DNA of 38,822 nucleotides from Betaproteobacteria bacterium (GCA_027307095.1 DAHUXO010000146.1:1-38822); one strand, 5' to 3'; counted from the stretch's first letter, positions 1 to 10,794 are shown. A program made the numbers and translations. The notes: generated from the letters alone by a model not told the origin.

Positions 1-324
1 GAGCAGCGCCTGTCCCATGCAGTTGTTGATCTTGTGCGCGCCGGTGTGATTGAGGTCCTCGCGCTTGAGCCAGATCTGGGCGCCGCCGAGCTCGCGCGAC
101 CAGCGCTCGGCGTGATAGACAGGCGACGGGCGTCCGACGTAATGCTCGAGCTCGTAGGCGAACTCGGCGACGAACTCCGGGTCTTCGCGATAGCGCGCGT
201 ACTGCGTCTTCAGCTCGTCGAGCGCCCCGATCAGCGTCTCGGCGACGAACACGCCGCCGTACGGACCGAAATGCCCGCGCTCGTCGGGGAGCTCACGCTC
301 CCGTGCCAACTCTGCCATCTGCAC
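1..324 (-). CDS. trpB: Tryptophan synthase beta subunit, N-terminal part (runs off the window edge)
   Basis: Manual translation, not in the ORF track: (M)[30 protein letters not shown]...YVGRPSPVY...[25 protein letters not shown], which contains the PLP-lysine motif [12 protein letters not shown] at 324 follows AGGAG; alternative ATG at 318. Overlaps the trpF 3' end. Confidence 0.96.
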   Translation of the reverse strand, partial: MQMAELARERELPDERGHFGPYGGVFVAETLIGALDELKTQYARYREDPEFVAEFAYELEHYVGRPSPVYHAERWSRELGGAQIWLKREDLNHTGAHKINNCMGQALL

Positions 325-979
325 TGCGCACTCCTTGCACGAACGCCGCGATCCGCGCCGCATCCTTCAACCCGCGGCGCGGCTTGCCGTCGGGATCGCG
401 CTCCTCGACTCCGGAGGAGACATCGACCGCCCAGGGGTCGATTTCGCGTATGGCGCGCCCGACGTTGCCTGCGTCGAGCCCGCCGGAAAGAATCAGTCGG
501 GGCCCGATCCGCGCCCGGAGCTCGGCCGACAACCGATGCCAGTCGAAGGCCTGCCCGGTGCCTCCCGGAAGATCCCCTTCGAGATGCGTGTCGAACAGAA
601 GCCCCGCAGCGTCGCCGTAGGGGCGCGTGCATTCTAGCAAATCGACCCCGTCCCTGACCGGTATGGCCTTCAGGTAGCGGCGCCCGAAGCTGCGGCAGAA
701 TTCGCCCGGCTCGCCGCCGTGGAACTGCAGCAGGTCGAGGGGCACCGCGGCGAGCGCCGCGCGCACCGCCTCGGGCGGCGGATCGACGAACAGTCCGACC
801 ACGGTCACGAAGGCCGGCACCGCGGCTGCGATCGCCCGTGCCTGGTCATGCGAAACGACGCGCGGCGTCCCCGGCCAGAACACGACCCCGATTGCATCGG
901 CACCGGCCCGTGCGGCGGCGACGGCGTCGTCGACGCGCGTGATGCCGCAGATCTTGATGCGCGTGCGCTCGGACGTCAT
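293..979 (-). CDS. trpF: Phosphoribosylanthranilate isomerase
   Basis: [32 protein letters not shown] and AVDVSSGVE motifs. ATG at 979 overlaps the truA stop (ATGA). Confidence 0.97.
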   Translation of the reverse strand: MTSERTRIKICGITRVDDAVAAARAGADAIGVVFWPGTPRVVSHDQARAIAAAVPAFVTVVGLFVDPPPEAVRAALAAVPLDLLQFHGGEPGEFCRSFGRRYLKAIPVRDGVDLLECTRPYGDAAGLLFDTHLEGDLPGGTGQAFDWHRLSAELRARIGPRLILSGGLDAGNVGRAIREIDPWAVDVSSGVEERDPDGKPRRGLKDAARIAAFVQGVRSADGRVGTGA

Positions 980-1776
980 CCTGCGAATGTTGCCACATCG
1001 CGCCGCGTCGCCGGCAGCCCGAAGCCGGCGTCGTAGTCGGCGCCGGTGAAATGCAGCCCCGATGCGGCAAAGGTCGGCGCGCCCTGGCTGCGGTCGGACG
1101 CGGCCAGGAGCTCCCCGACCCACGCCGGCGCACGCCTGCCGGCGCCGACTTCGACCAGTGCGCCGACGATGTTGCGCACCATGTGCTGCAGGAACGCGTC
1201 GGCGCTGACGTCGAAACGCAGCAGCGCCGCGTCCTGCGCGATGCCGACGCGTGTCACGTCCAGCCTGGTCAGCGTCTTGACCGGGGAGCGCGCCTGGCAC
1301 TCGGCTGCGCGAAACGACGAGAAATCGTGCGTGCCGAGCAGCCGTTGCGCAGCCTCGCGCATCGCGCCGGCATCGAGCGGCGCGTGATGCCAGCCGGCGC
1401 GACCGTGCATGAGCCCGGGCCGCTGCGGCCGGTTCAGCAGCAGGTAGGTGTAGTGGCGCGCAGTGGCGGCGTAGCGCGCATGGAAACGCTCGCCGACCTC
1501 GCGGCACCACAGCACGGCAATCGCAGGGGGAAGATGCGAATTGACGCCGCGCACCCATGCGGTCTGCGGGCGCTGCGCGTCGCAATCGTAGTGGACGATC
1601 TGCGAGGTCGCGTGGACGCCAGCGTCGGTGCGACCCGCTGCTGCGACGCGGATCGGCCTGCCGCCGATCGCCGCGAGCGCGCGCTCGAGCGCATCCTGGA
1701 TCGCGCAGGCCGAGGGCTGCGACTGGAAGCCGCAGAACGGGCCTCCGTCGTATTCGAGGGCGAGCGCGTAGCGCAT
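976..1776 (-). CDS. truA: tRNA pseudouridine(38-40) synthase
   Basis: MRYALALEYDG, AGRTDAGVHA (catalytic Asp), HDFSSFRAAECQ and FLQHMVRNIVG. Conserved fimV-truA-trpF order. Confidence 0.97.
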   Translation of the reverse strand: MRYALALEYDGGPFCGFQSQPSACAIQDALERALAAIGGRPIRVAAAGRTDAGVHATSQIVHYDCDAQRPQTAWVRGVNSHLPPAIAVLWCREVGERFHARYAATARHYTYLLLNRPQRPGLMHGRAGWHHAPLDAGAMREAAQRLLGTHDFSSFRAAECQARSPVKTLTRLDVTRVGIAQDAALLRFDVSADAFLQHMVRNIVGALVEVGAGRRAPAWVGELLAASDRSQGAPTFAASGLHFTGADYDAGFGLPATRRDVATFAG

Positions 1777-1810
1777 GGCGCCACGCGGCGCGTGATGCAG
1801 CGCCCGCGGT

Positions 1811-2398
1811 TCAGGCGTGCTTGGCGAGCAGCGACTGCGCTTCGGACTTCTGCTGCTCGTCGCCTTCGTGCAGGACTTCCTGCAGGATCTCGCGCGCGCC
1901 CTCCTGGTCCCCCATCTCCTGGTACGCCTTGGCGAGATCGAGCTTGGTCGCCGCGTCGTGCCACTGTCCATCGAGCACCGACGGCGTCGGATCCTCGAAC
2001 GCCGGACGGTCCGGGTCGAACGACAGGTCGAGCGTGTCGAGATCGAGCGGCGTCGCGGGTGCTGCGAAGGGCGACGCGGTGGCGGACAGGAGCGGCTCGG
2101 ATTTCGCTTCCGCGGTCGCGCCGAGCGGCGCCGGGCGATCGGCGTCGTCGAGGTGGAAATCCAGATCGAACCTGGGCGGCTCGGCGGTCGTGTCGACGCG
2201 CTCGGAAAGGTCGCCCGCCGGGGCCTCGAACGCAGACTTGGCGCCGCCCAGCGTTCCGGCAAAAGCTGCATTCGCAGCGGCGCCGGCGGCCTCCGTGGCC
2301 GAAAGCTTGCTCTTCTCGGCGGCGGCAACGGCCGCGACTGGCGTGCTCGAACTGCGCGCCAGCGCACTTTCCGCGCCCGCCAGGATGTCGGCCGCCGA
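1811..2398 (-). pseudogene. fimV: FimV C-terminal segment, in frame with fimV but separated from it by one TAG
   Basis: Same frame as 2399..4468 and open for 195 codons after the TAG at 2399-2401. Ends in the canonical FimV C-terminal motif ATKLDLAKAYQEMGDQEGAREILQEVLHEGDEQQKSEAQSLLAKHA*, with TGA at 1811-1813. Confidence 0.85.
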
Positions 2399-4468
2399 CT
2401 AGAGCGACGGGGCCGATTGCGGAACCAGCGAGATGTCGTCCTCGCTGAACAACGGCGTCGCGTGCGACGCAGTGCCGCGCGGCGCCAGCGGAAGCGTCGC
2501 GGCACCCAGCGGGCTGCCCCCGGTCGCAAACGGCCCCGCTGCCGCCGCGGCGGTAGGCGCCGCAGGCGCAGTCGATGCGGTCGCTCCGGCTGGGGCCTCG
2601 TCCTGGAACATCGGATTGGTCGGGTCGAGCTGGCGCCCGAGCGTGACCGCCTTGTGCCAGACGTCACCCTGGCCGTGGCTCACGGCGAAGAGCTCGGAAG
2701 CAACGGTCTCGAATGCAGAGGGCTTGTTGTGCTGGGAATGGATCTCCAGCAGCTTCAGGTAGATCTCCTGGCGCTGCGGGTCCTTCTTCAATGCGTCCTT
2801 CAGGATCTCCTCGGCCTGCGCGTCGCGCCCGTAGGCGAGGTAGACCTCGGCTTCTGCGATCGGATCGACCTCGTCGGTGTCGATGTTGCCCAGGCCCTCG
2901 CGGCTGAAGTCCGAAGCGAGCGAGTTGTCGCCGGTGTTGACCACGCCGCCGCCCGTCGAGCCGAATACCGTGTTCGTCTTGATGTCGGTGCCCGAGATGA
3001 TGCTGTCCTCGAACTTGGTCCCTTTCCGGCGACGCGCGGCGATCAGCCCCGCGATCCCGCCGAGGACGGCCAGCGCGCCCGCGCCCAGCGCCCAGTTCGG
3101 CGTGTTCGAAAGCAGGTCCGCGAAGAATCCCAGGGGCTCCGCCGGCGCGGCTTTGGGCGCCGCGGCCTTGGTTTCGGCAGGTTTCGGCATGGCGGGCTTG
3201 GGTGCTTCGGCAGCGGGTGTCGCGCCGGCCGGCGCGGTGCCGCCTGCGGCGGGCGCCGTGGGGGCGGGCGTTCCGGCGGGGGCTGCGGCAGGTGCCGGGG
3301 GAGCGGGCGTCGCTGCGGAAGTTGCGGCGGGTGCCATCGCCGTCGTCGCGGCAGGCGCCGCACCGCCCTTGGCAATGTCGGCCTGGCCCTGCAGCTGCGC
3401 GAGCGTCTGGTTCTTGAGGTCCAGCGCCTGCTGCATGTCTGCAACCGTCTTCTCGAGTTGCGCGATGCGCGTCTCCGCATCCTTAAGTTCCTGGCCGCGC
3501 GCGATCCCGTCCTCCGACGCCGCGGCCTTGCCTGTCGCGGCCTCGCGCGACACCTTCAGCTTGTCGCTTCCCGGTGCGCCGGCCGGCGTCTTGTCCTCGA
3601 CGGCGACGCCGATCTTGCCCGACGCCTCGCGCGTCGCCCCGGCGCCGCTCCCGGGCGCCGCGGCGGCGATACGGTCACGGTAGTTGCGCCAGTCCTCCGC
3701 CTGCACGTGGACGACGCGGGTGGCCTCCTCGGGCGCGATCGCCTGGACCTGCGCGGCGGTCGGAATCGTGACGATCGCGCCGGCGCGCAGCCGGTTCATG
3801 TTGGCACCGTCGAATGCGGACGAGTTGCCGCGGAACAGCGCGTCGAGCATCTGATCGAGCGTCGCCTGATCCGGCTTGAATTGCTGGGCGATGGCGCGCA
3901 GCGTGTCCCCGCGATGCACCGTGTATTTTTCGGCGCCGGCTCCGGCACCAGCGCCACCCCGGCTGGCCACCGCCGGGGCCGGCACCACGGCCGTCGTCGC
4001 CGCGCGCGTGGTTGCCGGCGTGGCGGCGCGCGGGGTGGTGATCGGCGCGGTCGCGGCCATCGACGTGCCCATGCCTGGCGGATCGAGCAGGAACGTGTAT
4101 TCGCGCACGACCCGGCCCGAGGACCAATCGAGCTCGACCAACAGGTCGAGGAATGGCTCCTGCACCGAGACCGGCGAGGTGACCTTGAGGTAGGGAACAC
4201 CGCCGGTGCTCTCGAGCGAAATCCGCGTCCGCGAAAGCGTCGACTGGTAGGTCAGGTTGTTCTGGCGGTAGAGATTCGGATCCGCAACCTTGGCACGCAG
4301 GGAATCCAGATCGTCCTTGCTGACCGCCGTGAGCTCGATCCGGGCCGAAAGCGGCTGCCCGAGCGCCGAGTCGACCGTCAGCTTGCCGAGCCCCAATGCC
4401 AACGCGGGACCGGGCAGCGCCAACGCGCCGGCGATCAGGCTGTAGGTGAAGATGGGTTTTGCGCGCAT
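2399..4468 (-). CDS. fimV: FimV/HubP-family polar landmark protein (LysM, coiled coil, TM, TPR), prematurely ended by TAG
   Basis: Signal peptide then ALGLGKLTVDSALGQPLSARIEL, EPFLDLLVELDWSSGRVVREYTFLLDPP, LysM YTVHRGDTLRAIA, NMNRLRAG, TM helix WALGAGALAVLGGIAGLIAARRRK, and DPIAEAEVYLAYGRDAQAEEILKDAL. Lies between asd and truA. Confidence 0.93.
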   Translation of the reverse strand: MRAKPIFTYSLIAGALALPGPALALGLGKLTVDSALGQPLSARIELTAVSKDDLDSLRAKVADPNLYRQNNLTYQSTLSRTRISLESTGGVPYLKVTSPVSVQEPFLDLLVELDWSSGRVVREYTFLLDPPGMGTSMAATAPITTPRAATPATTRAATTAVVPAPAVASRGGAGAGAGAEKYTVHRGDTLRAIAQQFKPDQATLDQMLDALFRGNSSAFDGANMNRLRAGAIVTIPTAAQVQAIAPEEATRVVHVQAEDWRNYRDRIAAAAPGSGAGATREASGKIGVAVEDKTPAGAPGSDKLKVSREAATGKAAASEDGIARGQELKDAETRIAQLEKTVADMQQALDLKNQTLAQLQGQADIAKGGAAPAATTAMAPAATSAATPAPPAPAAAPAGTPAPTAPAAGGTAPAGATPAAEAPKPAMPKPAETKAAAPKAAPAEPLGFFADLLSNTPNWALGAGALAVLGGIAGLIAARRRKGTKFEDSIISGTDIKTNTVFGSTGGGVVNTGDNSLASDFSREGLGNIDTDEVDPIAEAEVYLAYGRDAQAEEILKDALKKDPQRQEIYLKLLEIHSQHNKPSAFETVASELFAVSHGQGDVWHKAVTLGRQLDPTNPMFQDEAPAGATASTAPAAPTAAAAAGPFATGGSPLGAATLPLAPRGTASHATPLFSEDDISLVPQSAPSL

Positions 4469-4503
4469 GCCCGACCTCTTCGCTATGCTAATGTGCTCAA
4501 GGT

Positions 4504-4532
4504 AACATAACATCATGTAGTTAGCGGTGCAA
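4504..4532 (-). promoter_or_regulatory. Putative sigma70 promoter for fimV
   Basis: TTGCAC (4527-4532), 17 nt, TATGTT (4504-4509) with an extended TG, in a local AT-rich patch. Confidence 0.5.
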
Positions 4533-4965
4533 GCTAAACCGCGGTATTAAATAGCGTTTTATGCCGACGTCGTTGCGGTCCCGCCGCTGCGCCGTCCGCT
4601 GCGACCGGCGGATGTCACAAGCCCTTGATTCCCCGGAGGCCCGCGGCACAAGCTGTCGCGGGCCGCCCGGCCCGGCGTGGTGTTGCATTCCCGTCCAAGG
4701 CCCCGCCGGCGCTCCGATCCAGTCGCAACGCGGCAGTCGGTTTGCATAAATCTGCCAAAAAGAAGCTGCCGCGTCCACGCCCGCGGGGCGACGCGACGAT
4801 TTCCCAAAAAGCATGAATCGCGCCAGAAACCGGGCCAGGGGCGTCGCTTGGCGGCGGGGACGATGCGAGCGCGCCCCAGCCGTCCGCTGCGAGCCGCCGA
4901 GGGTGAGGTCGTCGGGCGCAGTGCCCCGCTCCCGTCCGTGGGATAGTGCCCGGGTGACCGGCGCT

Positions 4966-6075
4966 TCAGGCGCCCCGCACGATGCGCAGCATCCGCCGCA
5001 GCGGCTCGGCAGCGCCCCACAGCAACTGGTCGCCGCAGGTGAAGGCCCCGAGGTACCCGGGACCGATCGCCAGCTTGCGCAGGCGGCCGACCGGGATGTC
5101 GAGGCGCCCGGTGACGGCCGCCGGCGTGAGGCCCGCGATGCTCGCGTCGCGCTCGTTCGGGACCACGCGCGCCCACTCGTGAGCCCCGGCGATCATCGAC
5201 TCGATTTCGGGCAGCGGCACATCACGCCGCAGCTTGATCGTCATGGCCTGGGAGTGGCAACGCATGGCGCCGACGCGAACGCAGATCGATTCGACCGGAA
5301 TCGGGCTGCGCTCGAGGCCCAGGATCTTGTTGGTCTCCACGCCGCCTTTCCATTCCTCCCGGCTCATGCCGTTGCCGAGGTCCTTGTCGATCCACGGAAT
5401 CAGGCTGCCGGCGAGCGGCACGCCGAAATGCTCGGTGGGGAACCGGTCGTCGCGCAGGATTCCTGCCACCTCGCGGTCGATATCGAGGATCGACGACGAC
5501 GGATCGTCGAGCAGCGCCTTCGCGGCGAGGTGCGCTTCGCCCATTTGCTGCAACAGCTCACGCATGTTCTGCGCGCCGGCACCGGAGGCCGCCTGGTAGG
5601 TCATGCAGGTCATCCACTCCACGAGCCCGTGCCTGAACAGCCCGGCGAGCGCCATCAGCATCAGGCTCACCGTGCAGTTGCCGCCGATGAAGTTGCGTAC
5701 GCCTGCGGCGAGCGCGCGATCGATGACGTCGCGATTGACCGGGTCGAGGACGATCACCGCGTCGTCCTGCATCCGCAGCGCCGAGGCGGCGTCGATCCAA
5801 TAGCCGCGGTAGCCCGCTTCGCGCAGCCGCGGGTACATCGCATTGGTCCAGTCGCCGCCCTGGCAGGTGACGATCGCGTCGACGTCGGCGAAGGCCTTCG
5901 GGTCGTTGGCGTCGCGCAGCGCGGGAACCGGCCTGCCGATCGCAGGGCCTTTCCCGCCCGCAGCGGAGGTCGAGTAGAACACCGGGTCGATCGAATCGAA
6001 ATCGCGCTCCTCCAGCATGCGCTGCAGCAGCACCGATCCCACCATTCCTCGCCATCCGACGAATCCCACCTGCAT
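4966..6075 (-). CDS. asd: Aspartate-semialdehyde dehydrogenase
   Basis: [34 protein letters not shown] (catalytic Cys), QAASGAGA and [20 protein letters not shown] upstream; start at 6075 or 6078. Confidence 0.97.
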   Translation of the reverse strand: MQVGFVGWRGMVGSVLLQRMLEERDFDSIDPVFYSTSAAGGKGPAIGRPVPALRDANDPKAFADVDAIVTCQGGDWTNAMYPRLREAGYRGYWIDAASALRMQDDAVIVLDPVNRDVIDRALAAGVRNFIGGNCTVSLMLMALAGLFRHGLVEWMTCMTYQAASGAGAQNMRELLQQMGEAHLAAKALLDDPSSSILDIDREVAGILRDDRFPTEHFGVPLAGSLIPWIDKDLGNGMSREEWKGGVETNKILGLERSPIPVESICVRVGAMRCHSQAMTIKLRRDVPLPEIESMIAGAHEWARVVPNERDASIAGLTPAAVTGRLDIPVGRLRKLAIGPGYLGAFTCGDQLLWGAAEPLRRMLRIVRGA

Positions 6076-6106
6076 CATCGACTCCGGCATCCGTGTCCGT
6101 TCAGTG

Positions 6107-7180
6107 TCATTGTGCGCGCAGCGCCGCGACCACTGCGTCGCCCATCGCACGCGTGCCGACCACGGCCTCGCCCGGCTGCGCGATGTCGGCGGTGCGCAGG
6201 CCCTGGCGCAGTGCGCCGCGCACCGCGGCCTCGATCCGCTCAGCGACGTCGGGGCGCGCGAACGTGTGGCGGAACATCATCGCCACCGACAGGATCGTCG
6301 CCAGCGGGTTCGCCACGTTCTTGCCCGCGATGTCCGGCGCCGAACCGTGGATCGGCTCGTAGAGGCCCTTGCCGTTGGCGTCGAGCGACGCGGAGGGCAG
6401 CATGCCGATCGACCCCGCGAGCATCGACGCCTCGTCGGACAGGATGTCGCCGAAGAGGTTGCCGGTGACGATCGTGTCGAAGCCCCTGGGATTGCGCACG
6501 AGCTGCATCGCCGCGTTGTCGACGTACATGTGCGACAGCGTCACGTCCGGATACTGGGCGGCGAGCCTCGTCACGACCTCGCGCCACAGGATCGAGGTGT
6601 CGAGCACGTTGGCCTTGTCGACCGACGTCAGCCTGCGAGCGCGCTTGCGCGCCGTCTCGAAGCCGACGCGCGCGATGCGCTCGATCTCGGGCACCGAGTA
6701 ACGCATCGTGTCGAACCCCTCGTCGTCGCCGGCAGCGGTCTTGCGCCGGCCGCGCGGCTCGCCGAAATAGATGTCCCCGGTCAGTTCGCGAACGATCACG
6801 ATGTCGAGCCCCGCCACGACTTCGGGCTTCAGCGTCGACGCCGCGGCGAGCTCAGGATAGAGCAGCGCCGGGCGCAGGTTCGCGAACAGCGAGAGCGCCT
6901 TGCGGATGCCGAGGATTCCCTGCTCGGGGCGCAACTCGCGCGGCAGGGTGTCGTAGCGCGGGCCGCCGACGGCCCCCAGCAGCACGGCGTCGGCCGCGCG
7001 CGCGAGCGCGAGCGTGGCGTCCGGCAGCGGGTGGCGCGCGGCGTCGTAGCCCGCCCCTCCGATCGGCGCGATCTCGGTCTCGACAGCCACGCCCTGCTCA
7101 CGGAGCAAGGCGAGCAGCTTCTGCGCTTCGCCGACGATCTCGGTCCCGATGCCGTCACCGGGCAGAATGGCGATTTTCAT
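6107..7180 (-). CDS. leuB: 3-isopropylmalate dehydrogenase
   Basis: [41 protein letters not shown] and [13 protein letters not shown]. Confidence 0.98.
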   Translation of the reverse strand: MKIAILPGDGIGTEIVGEAQKLLALLREQGVAVETEIAPIGGAGYDAARHPLPDATLALARAADAVLLGAVGGPRYDTLPRELRPEQGILGIRKALSLFANLRPALLYPELAAASTLKPEVVAGLDIVIVRELTGDIYFGEPRGRRKTAAGDDEGFDTMRYSVPEIERIARVGFETARKRARRLTSVDKANVLDTSILWREVVTRLAAQYPDVTLSHMYVDNAAMQLVRNPRGFDTIVTGNLFGDILSDEASMLAGSIGMLPSASLDANGKGLYEPIHGSAPDIAGKNVANPLATILSVAMMFRHTFARPDVAERIEAAVRGALRQGLRTADIAQPGEAVVGTRAMGDAVVAALRAQ

Positions 7181-7238
7181 GCGTTCGTCGCGCGACGCGC
7201 GTCGTGGGGCCCGCCCCGCCGCGCCTTGCGCGCTGCGG

Positions 7239-7877
7239 TCAGGCGAGCCAGGGTTGGTCGTGCAGCCGCCGCGCCTCGAAGGTGCGGATCTCGTCGGCGT
7301 GCTGCAGTGTGAGTCCGATGTCGTCCCAGCCGTTCAGCAGGCAGCGCTTGCGGAACGGGTCGACCTCGAAGCCGTACGTCAGGCTGCCGTCCGCGGTGGC
7401 GACCGACTGGCGTTCCAGGTCGATGGTCAGCGTGTAGCCGGGGAAGACCGCGACGTCGGCGAACAGCCGGTCGACCTCGCGCTCGGCGAGCACGATCGGG
7501 AGCAGCCCGTTCTTGAAGCAATTGTTGAAGAAGATGTCGGCGTACGACGGCGCGATCAGCGCGCGGAACCCGAAATCGGCGAGCGCCCAGGGGGCGTGCT
7601 CGCGCGAGCTGCCGCAACCGAAGTTTTGCCGCGCGAGCAGGATCGAGGCGCCCCGGTAGCGCGCCTGGTTGAGCACGAAATCGGGATTCGGGCGCCGCGT
7701 CGCGGGATCCATGCCAGGTTCGCCGCGGTCGGTGTAACGCCATGCGTCGAACAGGTTCGGACCGAAGCCCGACCGCTTGATCGACTTCAGGAATTGCTTG
7801 GGGATGATCGCGTCGGTGTCGACATTCGCCCTGTCGAGCGGCGCGACGAGTCCCGTATGGACACGGAAAGGCTGCAT
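7239..7877 (-). CDS. leuD: 3-isopropylmalate dehydratase small subunit
   Basis: [28 protein letters not shown] and [13 protein letters not shown]. Confidence 0.98.
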   Translation of the reverse strand: MQPFRVHTGLVAPLDRANVDTDAIIPKQFLKSIKRSGFGPNLFDAWRYTDRGEPGMDPATRRPNPDFVLNQARYRGASILLARQNFGCGSSREHAPWALADFGFRALIAPSYADIFFNNCFKNGLLPIVLAEREVDRLFADVAVFPGYTLTIDLERQSVATADGSLTYGFEVDPFRKRCLLNGWDDIGLTLQHADEIRTFEARRLHDQPWLA

Positions 7878-7911
7878 GGATGTATCTGGTCCCGTTCAGT
7901 GCGCCGATGCT

Positions 7912-7975
7912 CCCTCGCCCGCCGAGCTCCCGCTCGGCACCCTCTCCCGCGAGCGGGAGAGGGCCCGGGTGAGGG
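7912..7975. repeat. REP-like nested palindromic element between the entericidin gene and leuD
   Basis: CCCTCTCCCGC-GA-GCGGGAGAGGG (7940-7963) and a second hairpin GCCGAGC-TCCC-GCTCGGC (7921-7938), closed by CCCTCGCCC (7912-7920) pairing with GGGTGAGGG (7967-7975). Confidence 0.7.
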
Positions 7976-7990
7976 GCGAGCGGTGGCCAA

Positions 7991-8137
7991 TCACTTCGGC
8001 TTGGCCGAATCGGCAGCCTTCTCGACAGCCGAGCCGGCGGCCTTGACGTCCTTGCCCGCGCCCTCGATCGTGTTGCAGCCGGCGACGGCGACCACGATGC
8101 CGGCGAGCGCCATCAGTGCGATCAGTTTCTTCATCAT
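7991..8137 (-). CDS. ecnB: Entericidin A/B family small lipoprotein
   Basis: Manual translation, too short for the ORF track: MMKKLIALMALAGIVVAVAGCNTIEGAGKDVKAAGSAVEKAADSAKPK. Lipobox VAGC, family motif CNTxxGxGKD, strong SD GGAGAGGAG. Confidence 0.9.
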   Translation of the reverse strand: MMKKLIALMALAGIVVAVAGCNTIEGAGKDVKAAGSAVEKAADSAKPK

Positions 8138-8152
8138 CAGGCTCCTCTCCTG

Positions 8153-9562
8153 CTAGTAGAGTCGACGGACGTCGACGAAATGTCCGGCGATCGCAGCGGC
8201 GGCCGCCATCGAGGGGCTCACCAGGTGCGTGCGTCCGCCCGCACCCTGCCGACCCTCGAAATTGCGGTTCGACGTCGAAGCGCAGCGCTCGCCCGGCTCC
8301 AGCCGGTCGTCGTTCATCGCGAGGCACATCGAGCATCCCGGCTCGCGCCACTCGAAACCCGCGTCGCGGAAGGTGCGATCGAGGCCTTCGGCCTCGGCCT
8401 GCGCTTTGACCAGCCCCGACCCGGGAACCACCATCGCGAGCTTCACGCTGCCCGCGACGCGGCGGCCGCGGACGACGCCTGCGGCTTCGCGCAGGTCCTC
8501 GATCCGCGAGTTCGTGCACGACCCGATGAACACCTTGTCGATGCGGATGTCGGTGACCGGGACGTTGGGCGTGAGCCCCATGTACTCGAGCGCCCGCGCA
8601 ATGCCTTCGCGCCGCTCGGCGTTGCGCTCGCGATCGGGATCCGGCACGCGGTCCTCGATCGACACGACCATCTCCGGCGACGTTCCCCATGTGACCTGCG
8701 GGCGAATCGTCGACGCGTCGAAGACATGCGTCGTGTCGAACTTCGCGCCGGGATCGCTGGCGAGGGTCCGCCAGCGCTCGACCGCGCGCTGCCAGGTGTC
8801 CGCTGGCGGCGCGAACGGACGGCCCTTCAGGTAATCGATCGTCGTGTCGTCGACGGCGACCATGCCGGCCCGCGCACCCGCCTCGATCGCCATGTTGCAC
8901 ATCGTCATCCGGCTTTCCATCGAAAGCGCGCGCACCGCCTCGCCGGCGAACTCGATCGCATGGCCCGTGCCTCCCGCCGTCCCGATCCTGCCGATGATCG
9001 ACAGGACGAGATCCTTCGCCGTGACGCCATGCGGCAGCGTGCCATCGACGCGAATCAGCATCGACTTCGATTTCTTCATCAGCAGGCACTGGGTCGCGAG
9101 CACGTGCTCGACCTCGGAGGTGCCGATGCCGAAGGCCAGCGCCGCGAAGGCGCCGTGAGTGCTGGTGTGCGAGTCGCCGCAGACGACGGTCATGCCAGGC
9201 AGCGTCGCGCCCGATTCGGGGCCGATCACGTGCACGATTCCCTGCCGCCGGTCGCGGAACGGAAAATACGCCTTCGCGCCGAAAGCCGCGATGTTCGCGT
9301 CCAGCGTCTCCACTTGGGTGCGCGAGATCGGATCGCGGATGCCCTCGTCCCAGTGCGTCGTCGGCGTGTTGTGATCGGCGGTCGCGACGATCGACCCGAC
9401 GCGCCACGGCTTGCGTCCGGCCAGGCGCAGGCCCTCGTAGGCCTGTGGACTCGTCACCTCGTGAACGAGATGGCGATCGACGTAGATGAGCGCGGTCCCG
9501 TCGCCCTCCTCGCGGACGATGTGGCTTTCCCACAGCTTGTCATAGAGCGTACGGGTGGACAT
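8153..9562 (-). CDS. leuC: 3-isopropylmalate dehydratase large subunit
   Basis: [53 protein letters not shown] and [12 protein letters not shown]. Confidence 0.98.
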   Translation of the reverse strand: MSTRTLYDKLWESHIVREEGDGTALIYVDRHLVHEVTSPQAYEGLRLAGRKPWRVGSIVATADHNTPTTHWDEGIRDPISRTQVETLDANIAAFGAKAYFPFRDRRQGIVHVIGPESGATLPGMTVVCGDSHTSTHGAFAALAFGIGTSEVEHVLATQCLLMKKSKSMLIRVDGTLPHGVTAKDLVLSIIGRIGTAGGTGHAIEFAGEAVRALSMESRMTMCNMAIEAGARAGMVAVDDTTIDYLKGRPFAPPADTWQRAVERWRTLASDPGAKFDTTHVFDASTIRPQVTWGTSPEMVVSIEDRVPDPDRERNAERREGIARALEYMGLTPNVPVTDIRIDKVFIGSCTNSRIEDLREAAGVVRGRRVAGSVKLAMVVPGSGLVKAQAEAEGLDRTFRDAGFEWREPGCSMCLAMNDDRLEPGERCASTSNRNFEGRQGAGGRTHLVSPSMAAAAAIAGHFVDVRRLY

Positions 9563-9709
9563 GGAGCGGCGGCGCAGGGCCGTCGGGGTAAGCTGCCGAA
9601 TGGTGATTCTACCGGGTCCTGCGCACCCGGCCGCGGCGCGCGCTTGACTTGGCGGTCCCCGCGGCGCGCGGAAGTCGGGCCGCTCGCATCCCGGCGCAGC
9701 AGCGCGCGC

Positions 9710-10794
9710 CTACGCGCGTTCCGCGACGATCGGAATGCGCCGCTCTTCGACCGCGTGGCAGGCCACCATGCCTGCCAAGGGTGCAGGCGCGAGCTTGGGC
9801 ACTTCGCTGCGGCAGCGGTCGTTCGCATGCGGACAGCGCGGATGGAACGTGCAGCCGGGCGGCGGCGTCAGCGGGTTGGGCACTTCCCCGGCCACCGGGG
9901 TGCGCGCCTTGCCGGTCATCGCGAGGTCCGGAATCGCGTCGAGCAGCATCCGCGTGTAGGGGTGCCGGGGGGTCGCGAACAGCGGCTTCTTGTCGGCGAG
10001 CTCGACGATGCGCCCCAGGTACATCACGCCGACGCGGTCGGCGACGTGATGAACGACCGCAAGATTGTGCGAGATGAACAGGTAGGTCAGGCCGAGCTCG
10101 CGCTGCAGGTCGCGCATCAGGTTCAGCACCTGCGCCTGCACGGACACGTCGAGCGCGGAAGTCGGCTCGTCGCAGACGAGGAACTCGGGTTCGCTCGCGA
10201 GAGCGCGCGCGATCGAGATCCGCTGCCGCTGACCTCCCGAAAACTGGTGCGGATACTTCCGGCCGTCCGCTGCGGCCAGTCCCACGTGGGAGAGCAGGGC
10301 ATCCACGCGCGCGCGTATCGCCTTTCCGCCGACGACCAGGCGATGCGCGCGAATCGGCTCGGCAACGATATCGGCAACGCGCCAGCGCGGATTGAGGCTC
10401 GCGTAGGGATCCTGGAAGATCATCTGCAGCCTGCGGCGCAGGCTGCGCGGCGCGTTTCCCGACGCGAGCGCCGCGACGCTCTCGCCGGCGTAGAAGATCG
10501 ATCCCGACGACAGCCGGTAGAGGCCGACGATCAGCCGCGCGACGGTCGATTTGCCGCATCCGGATTCGCCGACCAGCCCCAGGGTCTCGCCCCGCCGGAT
10601 GTCGAAGCTCACGTCGTCGACCGCATGCAGCAGGCGGCGCGGCTGCCCGCCCAGCGTGCGGGCGAGCCACGGCGGCGACACGTCGAAGGTCTTGCCTGCG
10701 TGCGCGACGCGCAGCAGGACGTCGGCACCGGCACTCGCTGGACCACCTTCGTGCTGCGCACTCCGGTGTTCGCCCTCGGGGCGGCCCGTCGGGC

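Noticed and set aside
2399-2401. Pyrrolysine or genome-wide TAG reassignment as the explanation for the fimV amber codon
   Set aside because: TAG is the normal stop of leuC, dppF, miaA, folE2, clpA, pcnB and others here. No pyl genes are in the window, and the site lies in a low-complexity linker.
3200-3370. Ala/Pro-rich low-complexity stretch as a DNA repeat
   Set aside because: Ordinary FimV periplasmic linker with no discrete repeat unit.
4742-4758. Sigma54 promoter TTGGCAGATTTATGCA on the minus strand upstream of fimV
   Set aside because: GG to GC spacing is 9 nt, not the required 10.
9563-9709. Leucine attenuator leader peptide upstream of leuC
   Set aside because: No short ORF with a run of Leu codons and no terminator/antiterminator pair; only a TAGAAT -10-like hexamer at 9606-9611.
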